DNA of 64,000 nt from an uncultured Gammaproteobacteria bacterium (GCA_963783675.1 CAWAOU010000001.1:15905-79904), one strand, 5' to 3'; shown: positions 37,530 through 47,925, counted from the first letter of the stretch. Notes: generated by a model from the sequence alone, not told the origin. Translations and numbers: made by a program.

Positions 37530-38579
37530 CTAGGCCGCCGTCTTTCCGGCCAGGCGCCGGTACCAGGCCTCGGCGGAGAGCCGGGGTGGCGCCTCGAACA
37601 GCCCCCGGATGCCCAGACGCCCGGACAGCCGCAACACCAGTATCGGCAGCAGCACGCCCGCCAGGCAGCCGACCAGGAGATGGATGCCGGCGTCCTGGAC
37701 CCCGAGTAAGCGACCGAGGACGATTCGGGCGCCGCTTCCGGCCAGGATGTGCATCAGATAAATGGCCATGGAGGCGCCCCCCAGGGCCAGGACCCAGGAT
37801 GCTGGGGCCCGGGCGAGTAACATCGATACGCTGGTCACCGCCAGGATCGAGACTGTCGCCACCAGGAGGGACGCGACCCCCTTGTCGGTATAGACAAGCC
37901 CAAGCTCGACGTGGAACACGTACTGCACCGCTACGAACGCGATGACGCCGACGGCGGCCCAGGGTCCCGGGTGTCTGCTCACCCGGTCGCGCACGGCGCT
38001 AAACCAGGCACCCAGGGCAAAGAAAACAAAGTTCTTGACCACATAGTCCGAGTGCAGAAAGGAGGGAATGCGGTTCTGGTAAACGTAGGCTACGACAGCT
38101 GCCGCGAGAACGACGAGGAGCAGGGGCCAGGCGGCAGTGCGGTAGACGATTATGGCTGTCAGCATCACAAGAAACAGGGCGTAGAGGAACCAGAACTGTA
38201 CGCGCGGATCCCACAGGGAGAGGACCTCGGACAGGGTGGCGTGGCCGGTGGTGTATCCGGCCAGCCCAACCTCCGTCAGCCCTTGGATCAGAGACCATAG
38301 GATGTATGGGTAAATGATGGTGTCGATTTTGTTTAGCGTCAGCGCAAGGGGACCGCGTCTGCTCAGGGAGTGCAAAAAGAACAGTCCGGACAGGAAGAAG
38401 AACAACGGCATGTGGAAGCTGTAGATGATGCTATCCACGCGCTCGTACAACGCTGTGTCCATGGGTATGCCCGCATTGTAGACGCCGCGCGCTACATGAC
38501 CGTAGACCACCAGCAGGATGCCGATGGCCTTGGCGTAATCAACCCAGGCGTCGCGCCCGCCCGCGGTGCGCTTTGCCAT
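37530..38579 (-). CDS. Acyltransferase family 3 membrane protein (OafA-like)
   Basis: RDAWVDYAKAIGILLVVYGHVARG...; 10 or so TM segments. Confidence 0.75.
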   Translation of the reverse strand: MAKRTAGGRDAWVDYAKAIGILLVVYGHVARGVYNAGIPMDTALYERVDSIIYSFHMPLFFFLSGLFFLHSLSRRGPLALTLNKIDTIIYPYILWSLIQGLTEVGLAGYTTGHATLSEVLSLWDPRVQFWFLYALFLVMLTAIIVYRTAAWPLLLVVLAAAVVAYVYQNRIPSFLHSDYVVKNFVFFALGAWFSAVRDRVSRHPGPWAAVGVIAFVAVQYVFHVELGLVYTDKGVASLLVATVSILAVTSVSMLLARAPASWVLALGGASMAIYLMHILAGSGARIVLGRLLGVQDAGIHLLVGCLAGVLLPILVLRLSGRLGIRGLFEAPPRLSAEAWYRRLAGKTAA

Positions 38580-38585
38580 GCCGTC

Positions 38586-39686
38586 TCAGCCCCCCGCCAC
38601 GGGTTGGCGCAGGGGCCAGGCGAGCCCTTTGAGCGCCTGCGTCATGGACGCGTAGTAGAGCGAGAAGACCAGACCCAGCGCCAGTTCGGTCAGCACCAGC
38701 GGAGCGCCCGCCGGCAGCACAAGCGGGGCCGCCAGCACCAATGCCAGCAGTCCGATCCAGGCCGGGAAGCGGGACATGATCGACGGCACCCGCAGCGCAC
38801 CGAGCAGGGCCGGCAGGACCCACATCAGGATGAGGGATGCCGCCGCGACCGCCGGCCAGATCAGGTAGGTGTCCCAGACCCCCTGGGTGTAGTTTCGCAG
38901 CAGCCAGATCACGCCCATGTGGACATAGAGGAACAGCAGGGAATACTTGCCCAGCCACAGCAGCCAGGGGAAGACTCGTGCAATGCGGTTCTGAGGCAGG
39001 CGCCGTGCCACATAGAAGGCGCCGGAGGTGAGCAAGACGGAGAACAGGAAATAACCGATGGTCATGTCCCAGCGGTTGTCGATTCCCAGCGGGACGCCCG
39101 CAACCTGTGCCAGGCCCAGCCCCAGGATGGCGGCCCCGGCCAGCCACAGGTTGTGGCGATTGGGGGCAAGGTGACAGAACATGCCGAGGAAGAAGGGGAA
39201 CAGCCAGGGGATGATGACGAAGTTGCCCGGCTCCAGGACCACCGTCTTTAGGTACCCCATCCACCAGAGGTCGCGCGACAGGCCGTCCGTGGCGAGCTTG
39301 AGGGCGAAGACGCCCACCGCGGCGCCAAGGTGAAACCAGGGGCTAGGCTTCAGGTAGCGCTGCACCAGGTACAGCACCAGTACGCCCACGGCGATGATTT
39401 GGAGGATATCCATCTCGAAGGCCGACCAGAAGTCGCCGACGACTATGGCGGCGAAGCTTAGTCCGAGCAGAAAAATCATCGTATAGGTAATGACGATGCC
39501 GGTTACCGGGTATTTGCCTGCCTGGAAGTTGGCCGTTATCCCGGAGACGGCGAAGAACAGGATAGGGGCGAAGCTGCCGAGGAAGGTGAGGGCCTTGGAC
39601 GGCAGGTCGATCTGCAGTTGCGTGTGCGCCAGGAGCATGAGCACGCAGGCAACCCCCTTGAGCAGGTCGAGCGAGTGGTCGCGCAT
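38586..39686 (-). CDS. DUF1624/HGSNAT-like membrane acyltransferase
   Basis: MRDHSLDLLKGVACVLMLLAHT...; polytopic. Confidence 0.6.
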   Translation of the reverse strand: MRDHSLDLLKGVACVLMLLAHTQLQIDLPSKALTFLGSFAPILFFAVSGITANFQAGKYPVTGIVITYTMIFLLGLSFAAIVVGDFWSAFEMDILQIIAVGVLVLYLVQRYLKPSPWFHLGAAVGVFALKLATDGLSRDLWWMGYLKTVVLEPGNFVIIPWLFPFFLGMFCHLAPNRHNLWLAGAAILGLGLAQVAGVPLGIDNRWDMTIGYFLFSVLLTSGAFYVARRLPQNRIARVFPWLLWLGKYSLLFLYVHMGVIWLLRNYTQGVWDTYLIWPAVAAASLILMWVLPALLGALRVPSIMSRFPAWIGLLALVLAAPLVLPAGAPLVLTELALGLVFSLYYASMTQALKGLAWPLRQPVAGG

Positions 39687-39704
39687 GGGTCTTCCCCCCT
39701 CGGG

Positions 39705-41198
39705 CTAGGTTCTGGTGGGCCGGCGGCGAACACCTCGGGTCCGCGCTGTTCGCAGCGGTCGGCGCGGTTGCGTTCGGCCGTTGGTGCCCAGCCGGCCCTG
39801 GTGCATCATCCAGAACCACAGGGCCAGGCGGCGTTTCTCGTTTCTCTCGTTCTTGTGTCGCTCGCGCTCGACGCGATCGAGGGAGGTCACGAAACCCGCA
39901 AGCATAAAATAGGCCACCGTGATCTGGATGGTGCGGAAATTCCACTCGAGGGTGCCGATCAGCCAATTGATGATGAAGCCGGCGAGCACCCCGATGGCAA
40001 CCACACGTTCCAAACTATCCCTGCGCTTCCATATGAAACGCAGGGCAATCCACATGAAGGTACCGGTCAGCAAGACATAGAGTACGACCCCGATGATGCC
40101 GAGCTCGGCATAGTGGAGCCAGAAGATGTGATGGGCGATGCCTCGGTCCAGCGGGGCAAGATCCTCGCCGTAGGGCAGGTAGTTGATGGCGTAGGAGTAG
40201 TTATTGATGCCGACGCCGAAGAAATGGTCGTGGCCCATGTCGGCGGAGGACAGATTGGCCGCATGGCGGGACTCGCCGGACTCTTCCGGGGCGGTCTCGA
40301 AACGCTTGACCACTTCGGGCAGGACGACAGCGAGTGCCGGGATCGAGAGCACGAACAAAACCCCGAGGGCGGCGAACTTCTTTTTGACCTTGGTGGGTCG
40401 CTGTTTCAGCGAAAATGTCATGACGACAATCATGGCGCAGCCGAGGACCATGGTTGCCATACCACCGCGGGAGAGGGTCGCCACCGTGGTGAGGGCCCCT
40501 GCCCCGAGGGCTGCCCAATAGATGAGGGTGCGTTTGTCGAACAGCTTGTCGCTGTCCTGCATCAGTACGGCGAAGATGATGAAGTTCATCATGTTCTGAA
40601 ACGTAGCCAATCCGTTCTGATGATCGAAGGAGCCACGAGGCGGGAAGACGCCGCGTACGTACTTGTCCATCAGGACCTGGGAGAAGCTGTAAAAGGACAG
40701 ACCCACAACGCACCAGACGATGAACCGCATGTCGTCCTCGCTGCGAATGAAGTTGTACGCCACCCAGAAGGTGGCATAGGCCCGCACCAGCTTGGTGACG
40801 CCGAAGAAGGCGAACTGCGGGATCAGGGCGGTGGCGACCGTGAGGGTGCAGTACCCGAGGTACAGCCCCATCCACAGCTCATTGGGGTTCCGGGTGTAGA
40901 GCCGGCGCTTGCGCCAGCGTGGCGCCCTGAGCATAGCGACGACCAGGGTGATGGTAAGCCAGTCGGTGACGCCGAACTCGATGCCGCGGATGTCGCCGCG
41001 GTAGGCGGTGTAGCTGAAGAAGGTCACGTCCACCGGGTTGATGGCCATGAACAAAATGCCGGCCATGCAGACCCGGTCCATCCACTCGAATCTGATGGCC
41101 ATGGGAATGGCCACCGCCAGGAAGCCGATGGTCATGACGACAAAGACCAGCTGCTTGGGGCTGATCGCCTCGGCAAATATCTCAGGCGGCAGGGGCAA
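39705..41198 (-). CDS. O-antigen-ligase/Wzy-like polysaccharide polymerase
   Basis: 12 or so TM segments. TLSRGGMATMVLGCAMIVV is Wzy_C-like, with a large periplasmic loop. Confidence 0.7.
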   Translation of the reverse strand: MPLPPEIFAEAISPKQLVFVVMTIGFLAVAIPMAIRFEWMDRVCMAGILFMAINPVDVTFFSYTAYRGDIRGIEFGVTDWLTITLVVAMLRAPRWRKRRLYTRNPNELWMGLYLGYCTLTVATALIPQFAFFGVTKLVRAYATFWVAYNFIRSEDDMRFIVWCVVGLSFYSFSQVLMDKYVRGVFPPRGSFDHQNGLATFQNMMNFIIFAVLMQDSDKLFDKRTLIYWAALGAGALTTVATLSRGGMATMVLGCAMIVVMTFSLKQRPTKVKKKFAALGVLFVLSIPALAVVLPEVVKRFETAPEESGESRHAANLSSADMGHDHFFGVGINNYSYAINYLPYGEDLAPLDRGIAHHIFWLHYAELGIIGVVLYVLLTGTFMWIALRFIWKRRDSLERVVAIGVLAGFIINWLIGTLEWNFRTIQITVAYFMLAGFVTSLDRVERERHKNERNEKRRLALWFWMMHQGRLGTNGRTQPRRPLRTARTRGVRRRPTRT

Positions 41199-41260
41199 GG
41201 GCTTTACCTGGCACTAGGTTTTGGTTCGCTCCTCGGAAGGCGCTGGTGAAAGTCGCCTCA

Positions 41261-41438
41261 GGCCGAATGGCACTTACTGAGGAGCGCCAGGCTACCAGTT
41301 GGCCTGGTGCTTCCGATCATTTCTTCCGCAAAACGCCGTGAATACGTCCCTGTGGGCTCGACGGCGGCGTCCATGCTCATGCCGCCGACGTTTTCTCCAG
41401 AAACGACCGGAATCAGCTTAAGTTAAGTGCCATTGGCC
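41261..41438. repeat. 178-bp segment bounded by a 16-bp imperfect inverted repeat (MITE-like or regulatory)
   Basis: GGCCGAATGGCACTTA (41261-41276) against TTAAGTGCCATTGGCC (41423-41438); 11-bp perfect core AATGGCACTTA/TAAGTGCCATT. Lies in the divergent intergenic region. Confidence 0.4.
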
Positions 41439-41737
41439 TTAGGCCCGACTCAGCTCGGCCCCCCAGGAGCCTGGCGCACGTTGCTTTCTGATCGTGGAAG
41501 CCCAGAAGACGGCAGGGCCTTCTGACTGGCAGGAAGCGCTTGTTCGATCGACGTATCCCCGCAAAATGCTACACCCAGCCCCGGGGGGGCTACAAGGCGG
41601 AGGGGGCCTCGATCCTGGTGCTCGGTGTTTGCACGTGTATGTTGAAAGGCGGCTGGGGCGTCACGTACCATGCGGCGACGTCGGGCGGTGGCAGGCCCCA
41701 CCATCCCCTGATTCTCACGATTTTTGTTGGAGCTTCC

Positions 41738-42733
41738 ATGATTTCCCCGACGGTAAGGTTCATCAAGCGAGTGATCGAAGGGGACAGTCTTCCCGTCTAT
41801 GTGATCTTCCGCAATCCGCTGGTGGTCATCAGCTATTTCGAGGACTTCCTGAGTCATCGGGAGGCCATCCTCAGCGCGCTTGAGGGCCGCAAACCGTACC
41901 TGATTTTCCAATTCGGCTGGCATCGCGAGACCGCGGAACGGGTGGAGGAGGTGCGCCGCGAGGCGCAGGAGACGTTGCGCCTCCGCCCCGAGGCGGAATT
42001 GATCTTTCTTTGCAATTCCGAGCACGAGACCCATTTGATTTCCGCGGCGGGGCTGCGCGCGGAGTTCTGTCATCAGAACGCATTCCTCGACGAGACTCGT
42101 TACCGGACCTATCCGGGAACCCCCAAGTACGACGCCATTTATATTGCGCGCATCACGCCCTTCAAGCGCCATCAGCTCGCCGCAAAGGTATCCTCCTTGC
42201 GGTTGATCGGGGATCATTCCGCCCCGGAGTCCGACTACTTTGCGCAGGTGATGGGGCAGCTGGCCCATGCCAGCTGGAAACGCAAGGTCTTTTCCAGTTC
42301 CGTGTCAAAGGCGATCTGCGAGGCGCGTTGCGGGCTCTGCCTCTCTGCGGAAGAAGGGGCCATGTTCGTCAGCGCCGAGTATCTGCTTTCGGGGCGGCCG
42401 GTGGTTTCCACTGCCAGCCTCGGCGGGCGAGATGCCCTGTTCGGGCCAGCTTATACCTGCCGGGTCGAGGATACACCGGAATCCGTCCTCGCCGGGGTCG
42501 AAGCCATGAAGCGCTGCCCGGTGAGCCCGGCGGAGATTCGGGCGCGCACCATCGAAAAATGCCGCCAGCACCGGGAACGGCTGGTCGGCGTCCTTCAGGA
42601 TATCTGCGATCGTGCTGGGGTGCGCCGTGACGTGGCGGGGGAATGGTCGAGCTACTTCACCCACAAGTTCGGTCTGCGATGTTTCAACGGCCCTCGGGTT
42701 CGGTTGACGCGTATTCTCAAGCGCAAAAAGTGA
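41738..42733 (+). CDS. Glycosyltransferase-like protein (GT-B C-terminal half recognisable)
   Basis: GGAG SD. ...CLSAEEGAMFVSAEYLLSGRPVVSTASLGGRDALF is a GT1/GT4-like EX7E region. Confidence 0.5.
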   Translation: MISPTVRFIKRVIEGDSLPVYVIFRNPLVVISYFEDFLSHREAILSALEGRKPYLIFQFGWHRETAERVEEVRREAQETLRLRPEAELIFLCNSEHETHLISAAGLRAEFCHQNAFLDETRYRTYPGTPKYDAIYIARITPFKRHQLAAKVSSLRLIGDHSAPESDYFAQVMGQLAHASWKRKVFSSSVSKAICEARCGLCLSAEEGAMFVSAEYLLSGRPVVSTASLGGRDALFGPAYTCRVEDTPESVLAGVEAMKRCPVSPAEIRARTIEKCRQHRERLVGVLQDICDRAGVRRDVAGEWSSYFTHKFGLRCFNGPRVRLTRILKRKK

Positions 42734-42844
42734 CTGCTTGTCATCCGCTCGCCATCGCAAGACCGGGTCCACCCCCCCCTTCCGTTACACGTCAAAGACC
42801 AAGTGATCTGCGATGGGGCCTTGGTGGCTCGTGGCCGGTCAAAG

Positions 42845-43921
42845 TCAGTTCGAACCGCTTCCGCTGACTGAATTGCTTAGGATGATCCCGGTCTGAATGG
42901 CCGTTATCGTCGGCACAATTTTGTCCAGCATGCGAGCCCAGCTCGACAAACTCGTCGGTGGGACATAGACCACGTCTCCGGGTTCGAGCTGCACGTCTTG
43001 CTGCTGACCGGCAATGACTTTGTTGAAATCGGTGACGATCAAGCGGGGGTTGGCAAGAGAGCCGCGAATGACATGGACCCGTGACAAGTCGGCATCCTGG
43101 GTGAAGCCCTCGGCCAAGGCGACGGTGCGCGACATGGGCATCTCTTCGCGGAAGGCGAACAGGGCCGGGGCCTTGACCTCACCGATGATGTAAACCTCCT
43201 GGGATAGGCCGGAGGGAATATTGATGTAGTCCCCGGCTTGGAGGGCGATGTCGAAGCGCAGATCTCCCTGCCGCAAAAGGCGGACGAAATCCACCGGCAG
43301 CAGGTCGCCTTGGCGCGCGATAAAGGCGTGGGTGAGGTCGGCGAGCTCGACTGAGCTGGAGCGGAACTGGCCCTTGTTCAGGCCGCCGGCCTTGGCCACC
43401 GCGGCGGTGATGGTGACATCCGTAACCAGCGGGTAGACTCCGGGCCGGACGACCTCGCCGTTGATGACGTAATTGAGGCTGTTGAAAGCGGTGACGATGA
43501 TCGAGACCTTCGGGGCCAAGATGTATTGACGCAAGCTGTTCGTTAGGTCCTCATTGACCTCCTGCACAGTCCGGCCGTTGGCCTGAATGTCGCCGACCAG
43601 CGGGAAGGAGATTCTGCCGTCGGGGCGGATCGGCACTTCGGAGATGGTCAGATCGGGCTCATCGTAGACCGAGATACTCAGAACGTCCCCCTTTCCCAGG
43701 CGAGGTTCGATGGTTGTTTCGGAGATGATGCGCTCCAGCTCAGCTAGTTGCTCCCCGGGAGTTTGGCGCAAGTCGATCTGGGTCGCAGGAAGGGCGGGCG
43801 CTGCCGCCGCGAGCGGGGGTTGGTCGGATGAGGGGGGGGCGGGTGGGGCGCTTGCGCACCCTCCCAGCAGGATCGCGAAGAGATGGACGGCAAGCCGGGA
43901 GGCGTTGTCAACTGTTCGCAT
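42845..43921 (-). CDS. Polysaccharide export outer-membrane lipoprotein (Wza-like)
   Basis: Lipobox LLGGC. LGKGDVLSISVYDEPDLTISEVPIRPDGRISFPLVGDIQANGRTVQEVNEDL (Poly_export) plus SLBB-like repeats. Confidence 0.85.
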   Translation of the reverse strand: MRTVDNASRLAVHLFAILLGGCASAPPAPPSSDQPPLAAAAPALPATQIDLRQTPGEQLAELERIISETTIEPRLGKGDVLSISVYDEPDLTISEVPIRPDGRISFPLVGDIQANGRTVQEVNEDLTNSLRQYILAPKVSIIVTAFNSLNYVINGEVVRPGVYPLVTDVTITAAVAKAGGLNKGQFRSSSVELADLTHAFIARQGDLLPVDFVRLLRQGDLRFDIALQAGDYINIPSGLSQEVYIIGEVKAPALFAFREEMPMSRTVALAEGFTQDADLSRVHVIRGSLANPRLIVTDFNKVIAGQQQDVQLEPGDVVYVPPTSLSSWARMLDKIVPTITAIQTGIILSNSVSGSGSN

Positions 43922-46487
43922 CGGGCTCTCGCGCGCTGTTTTGCTGTGAACTCGGTATGGGAGCGATGGTATCGGCGTTGGACACGGCGGCCGACGGGGA
44001 ACGGCGGAACCACCGCCACTGCTTCTGGCGCTTACGGTCGGTGGGAAACAGGGGTGCACCCTCGAGCGAATCGTCTGGGACGCCGGTCACCAGGATAGCG
44101 CAGATCTTGGCGCCACGATTCTCCAGTAGTTGCGCCGCCTCACGCAGTTGGGCGCGGGTCGTCTTTCCGCTGTGGGCCACCAGGACGATATTGCCCAGGC
44201 AGGCAGCTGCCTCCAGTACGGTCTCGTGAGTACTGACGGGGGGTAGATCAAACACAAGATGCCGCCCGGACTGGCGCAGCGCGTCGAGGATGGTCCGAAA
44301 CTGCCGGCTGCCGAGTCGGACCAAATCAAGGTCCGGCGGCCGACCGTCGAGCCCCGGTACTGATTCGGCGTTGGCAGGGCGAGAGGGGACAGAGCACGGC
44401 GGAGTAACGTTTGTCTCGCCTACGGCGAGCGCTTCCGGGGCATGATTGGGTTGGAAACAGCCGTCGGTAAAGAGACTGAGGTCCGGGGTCTCGGTGGCGT
44501 ACAGCAGTGGTGCGATCGGGGACAGCCCCCGCAATGCCTGTCGCAACCCCGGGCGGTCGGGCGGGAACTCGAACAGATCCGCTGGGCGCATTCCGGTAAC
44601 GCCGCGCAGGTCCGCATCCACCAGAATCACGGGGTGCTCCTTTATGGCCAGAGTCTGGCTGAGGTTGGTCGCAACCAGGGTGCGGCCGACCTCAGGTTCG
44701 GCGCTGGTCACGCCAATACACTGCCAGTCCGAGGAATCGAGTTGGGCATCCAGGTCATTGATCAGACGGCGGAACAAGATCGCGACCGGGTCCCCGGGCT
44801 CGGCTGCGTCAACCAATGTATGGTGGCCCTCCGGGACCTGCTGGAACTCCCAGCCCAGCGGGACGCCCGGGATCGCGAGGACGTCGCGGCGGGTGCGGAC
44901 CAGGGGGTCCAACAGTTCCAGGAGCAAGGCCACAAAAAGGCCAGTCATCCCACCTAGGACTACCCCGGCGATGGCGATGAGCCTTTTCGGCGAGGGGGCC
45001 GGTTCGGTCGGTGGACTCGCCGCCTCGAACAATTCGAAAGCGGCCTCGTTACGAAGCATGACTACCCTGGCTTCTTCTACTCGCCCGACCAGGTTCGATT
45101 CCAGGTTTCCCGCCGAAGTCAGGCGCTGTTGGAGCAATTGGAAGTCCCTTTCGGCATTGACGAGGGCCGCGAGCTTGGCCCGGCTTTGCTTCACCGTCTG
45201 GGAGAGGGCGGCGATCTGGGCCTCCCGGATGCGGATGTCGTTTTTCAGTTCGCGCTGCTGGCCCTCTAAAGCCACCAGCTTTGTATTGGCCGAGTAGAGA
45301 TTTTCCGGCGCCCCCTCGTCCTTGCTCTCATCGATCATCTTGTTGAGTACATCCACCCGCGTCTGAAGCTTGATGACCTTGGGGTTCTGCTCCGTGTAGC
45401 GGCTGCGGGCCTCCTGTAACTGCCACTCGTAGTCCGCGAGCCGGGTCTTCAAGGGATTGCGGTACACAGTGGAGGTGACCACCATTTCGGGCTCACCCTG
45501 AATGGCGGCTTCAATGTCCGTCAGGGCCTCGCCCATGGCTTCGGTCTCGGCGATCTTGGTGTTGAGCTCTGCCTCGAGTCGAATCAGGCTGTCCAGCAAC
45601 ACCTGAGTCTCTGCGTTGAAGTCAGAGACCTGATGGGTCGTCTTAAAGGCGCGCATCCGCTCGGTGACGGTGCGCAACTCCCGACGCGCGGCCTCCAATT
45701 GCGCCGTGTAATTGGCGTGGGCGCCCTCGGCGTCCTTATGCCGCAGGTCACGGCTACGCTGGACCAACTGATCGGCGACCTTGTTCGCAAGGTTGGCGGC
45801 GACCACAGGGTCCTTCCACACTGCGGCGATTTGAAACAAATTGGAGTCCTTTCCCGTTCGAACGCCGATGGCCGGACCGAGGGCGCGTGGGGTGGCATTC
45901 AGCTCAAGGGCGTCGGATATTTCCAGCAGCGCGCTCGGCAGCTTGATGGTGTCGAGCATGGTCCTGAGGGTATAGTCCTGCGATTCGAAGGGCTTGGCTC
46001 CCCCCAGGGAGAACTCATCCTGACGGGTGTGTACCATAACCACCGCGACCGCTTCCCACTTGGCTTGGATCAGCGTTACGGCGCCCACCAGGAACAGGGC
46101 GGCAATAGCAAAGGCGATACCTGCAGCCAACCAGAGGCGCTTGCGCACGCCGAGGACCAGTCGCTGGATATCCAGCCCCGGGACATTGGGCGACTCTTCC
46201 TCCTCACCTCCCATCCCAGGGAACATGGGGAACGGGATCGGGTTGTCCTCCGGCTCCTGTGCACCGGATTTGCGCTGCCTTGAGAGTGGGGGGGAGTCGG
46301 ATAAGGGCTCGGCGAGATCCCAGGCTGTCTCGCCCGGTGCTTCGTCGCGGGAACTCTTTTGTTCCACAATCTGTGGTTCACGGTCGCGCCCCGGCTCTTC
46401 GCGGGAACCGCGGGCGTCTCGAATTCGCAGATCTTCGGTCACGGAGAGGTTACAACGGGTCGGCCGCAGCGTCGAACAGGCCCCCAT
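43908..46487 (-). CDS. Chain-length determinant (Wzz/GumC-type) fused to a degenerate BY-kinase-like P-loop domain
   Basis: TM, a long coiled-coil periplasmic region, TM, then IGVTSAEPEVGRTLVATNLSQTLA (Walker A with R for K), VILVDADLRG and HLVFDLPP. No C-terminal Tyr cluster. Start uncertain (46487, a GTG at ~46443, or an internal Met). Confidence 0.75.
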   Translation of the reverse strand: MGACSTLRPTRCNLSVTEDLRIRDARGSREEPGRDREPQIVEQKSSRDEAPGETAWDLAEPLSDSPPLSRQRKSGAQEPEDNPIPFPMFPGMGGEEEESPNVPGLDIQRLVLGVRKRLWLAAGIAFAIAALFLVGAVTLIQAKWEAVAVVMVHTRQDEFSLGGAKPFESQDYTLRTMLDTIKLPSALLEISDALELNATPRALGPAIGVRTGKDSNLFQIAAVWKDPVVAANLANKVADQLVQRSRDLRHKDAEGAHANYTAQLEAARRELRTVTERMRAFKTTHQVSDFNAETQVLLDSLIRLEAELNTKIAETEAMGEALTDIEAAIQGEPEMVVTSTVYRNPLKTRLADYEWQLQEARSRYTEQNPKVIKLQTRVDVLNKMIDESKDEGAPENLYSANTKLVALEGQQRELKNDIRIREAQIAALSQTVKQSRAKLAALVNAERDFQLLQQRLTSAGNLESNLVGRVEEARVVMLRNEAAFELFEAASPPTEPAPSPKRLIAIAGVVLGGMTGLFVALLLELLDPLVRTRRDVLAIPGVPLGWEFQQVPEGHHTLVDAAEPGDPVAILFRRLINDLDAQLDSSDWQCIGVTSAEPEVGRTLVATNLSQTLAIKEHPVILVDADLRGVTGMRPADLFEFPPDRPGLRQALRGLSPIAPLLYATETPDLSLFTDGCFQPNHAPEALAVGETNVTPPCSVPSRPANAESVPGLDGRPPDLDLVRLGSRQFRTILDALRQSGRHLVFDLPPVSTHETVLEAAACLGNIVLVAHSGKTTRAQLREAAQLLENRGAKICAILVTGVPDDSLEGAPLFPTDRKRQKQWRWFRRSPSAAVSNADTIAPIPSSQQNSAREPDANS

Positions 46488-47325
46488 GACGACGCAGGTC
46501 GTCCACCACAGCGGCGATTGCGGACCCTGTAAAACGCCCTAAGTCTTTGGTCAGAACATACTCCAGGGCGACCTTGCAGATGCGATTGACCTCCCGGGGG
46601 ATACCGTGACTGGCGCGGAACAGTATGTCAAAGGCGTCGTTATCGAACGGGAACGCGCCGCGATAGCCCGCCACTGCGAGGCGGTGGCGGACGTATTCGC
46701 GGGTTTCGTCCGCGGTTAGGGCGGTTAGGTGGAAACGCAGGCTTACCCGCTGATCCACCTGGGGGATCTGGCGCAGATGCGCGCGCAGCTCCGGTTGACC
46801 GATTAGAATGACGGTCAGGTAGTTCTGGCGCTCCGAGGAGATGTTGGTCAGGCCCTTGATGGCGTCAAGACACCTGGGGTCGAGCTGCTGGGCCTCGTCA
46901 AGCATGATGACGAGATGGCGATTGTGGCTGGCGATCTGCTCGGTCAGCAGGCGTTTGAAGGCGGCCAAGCGGCTGTAACGGTCCGGGTAGTCTGAGGCGC
47001 GTAGCCGCTGCGACTGGACCTGGCTCAGAATCTCCAGCAGCAGGTCGTCGAAGGCAAGAAGGCCGTTCTCGATACTGACCCGGACGTGGCTGTCAGGGGA
47101 CAGTCGCGAGTGCAGCACCGTGCGCAGCAGGGTTTTGCCGGAGCCGATCTCCCCGGTGAGCAGGCCCATGCCCATGTTGCGATCCTCGGCGAGGAATAGC
47201 AGGCGCGAGAGTGCCTCCGCGTGGCCCGCCGACGGGAAGAAGTAGCGGGTATCGCGGGTACTGTCGAATGGTGGCGCCGGTGGGTTGTTCGCCGTCAGTT
47301 GCGGATCGGCGACATAGCTGGCCAT
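46450..47325 (-). CDS. ExeA-like AAA ATPase, PEP-CTERM-locus type (TIGR03015-like)
   Basis: YFFPSAGHAEALSRLLFLAEDRNMGMGLLTGEIGSGKTLL...LVIMLDEAQQL...LIGQPELR. Confidence 0.8.
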   Translation of the reverse strand: MASYVADPQLTANNPPAPPFDSTRDTRYFFPSAGHAEALSRLLFLAEDRNMGMGLLTGEIGSGKTLLRTVLHSRLSPDSHVRVSIENGLLAFDDLLLEILSQVQSQRLRASDYPDRYSRLAAFKRLLTEQIASHNRHLVIMLDEAQQLDPRCLDAIKGLTNISSERQNYLTVILIGQPELRAHLRQIPQVDQRVSLRFHLTALTADETREYVRHRLAVAGYRGAFPFDNDAFDILFRASHGIPREVNRICKVALEYVLTKDLGRFTGSAIAAVVDDLRRHGGLFDAAADPL

Positions 47326-47484
47326 GCCAAGGCGTTGCCTCGTGTCTGTGGGTAAGATTCCTGGTTCGATCAAGACCTTATTATATTGCAAGGTTGCTGC
47401 CAATCCGGTCGCGGCGCCAGACTTGTGCACTCTGGTGGGTTGCGGCTGGGGATCGGGACGATGCAACCACCCCACACAATGAAC

Positions 47485-47925
47485 TTACTGACCCGGCTCA
47501 TCGTCAGGGTCCGCTGTTGCCGGGTTGTTCATAAAAAATGTCAGACGCCTGGGCAGGGGTGGGACGTTCAGGCTTTGTTCCTGACGTGCCTGGCCCGGGT
47601 AAAGGGGCTCGGCCACTACGGTGATGGCCTGGGTCGTACTGGAGAACCAAAGATAGCGCTTGAGCGGTGTACGGCCGACGTATGTTCCATCGACAAAGAT
47701 TTTCGCGGGGGTGGGAGACGAGTCTATCTCCACCAAGGCATTGGTCGCCCCCGGCGGGATGTGACGGCAAGGGTCGATGTCAGATGCGCAGCGACCGAAC
47801 GCGGGGTCGCACTCCGGGCTAGGACCTCCGCCGCAGGCGAGGTTAGGCTGGGCACAACCCGAGACAAGTATCGGGGCAGCGACGGCGGCCAACCAGGAGA
47901 TGGTTTTGGCGAGGCGCCCGATCAT
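47485..47925 (-). CDS. PEGA-domain lipoprotein
   Basis: Lipobox ILVSGC. VEIDSSPTPAKIFVDGTYVGRTPL is a PEGA motif. Confidence 0.7.
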   Translation of the reverse strand: MIGRLAKTISWLAAVAAPILVSGCAQPNLACGGGPSPECDPAFGRCASDIDPCRHIPPGATNALVEIDSSPTPAKIFVDGTYVGRTPLKRYLWFSSTTQAITVVAEPLYPGQARQEQSLNVPPLPRRLTFFMNNPATADPDDEPGQ

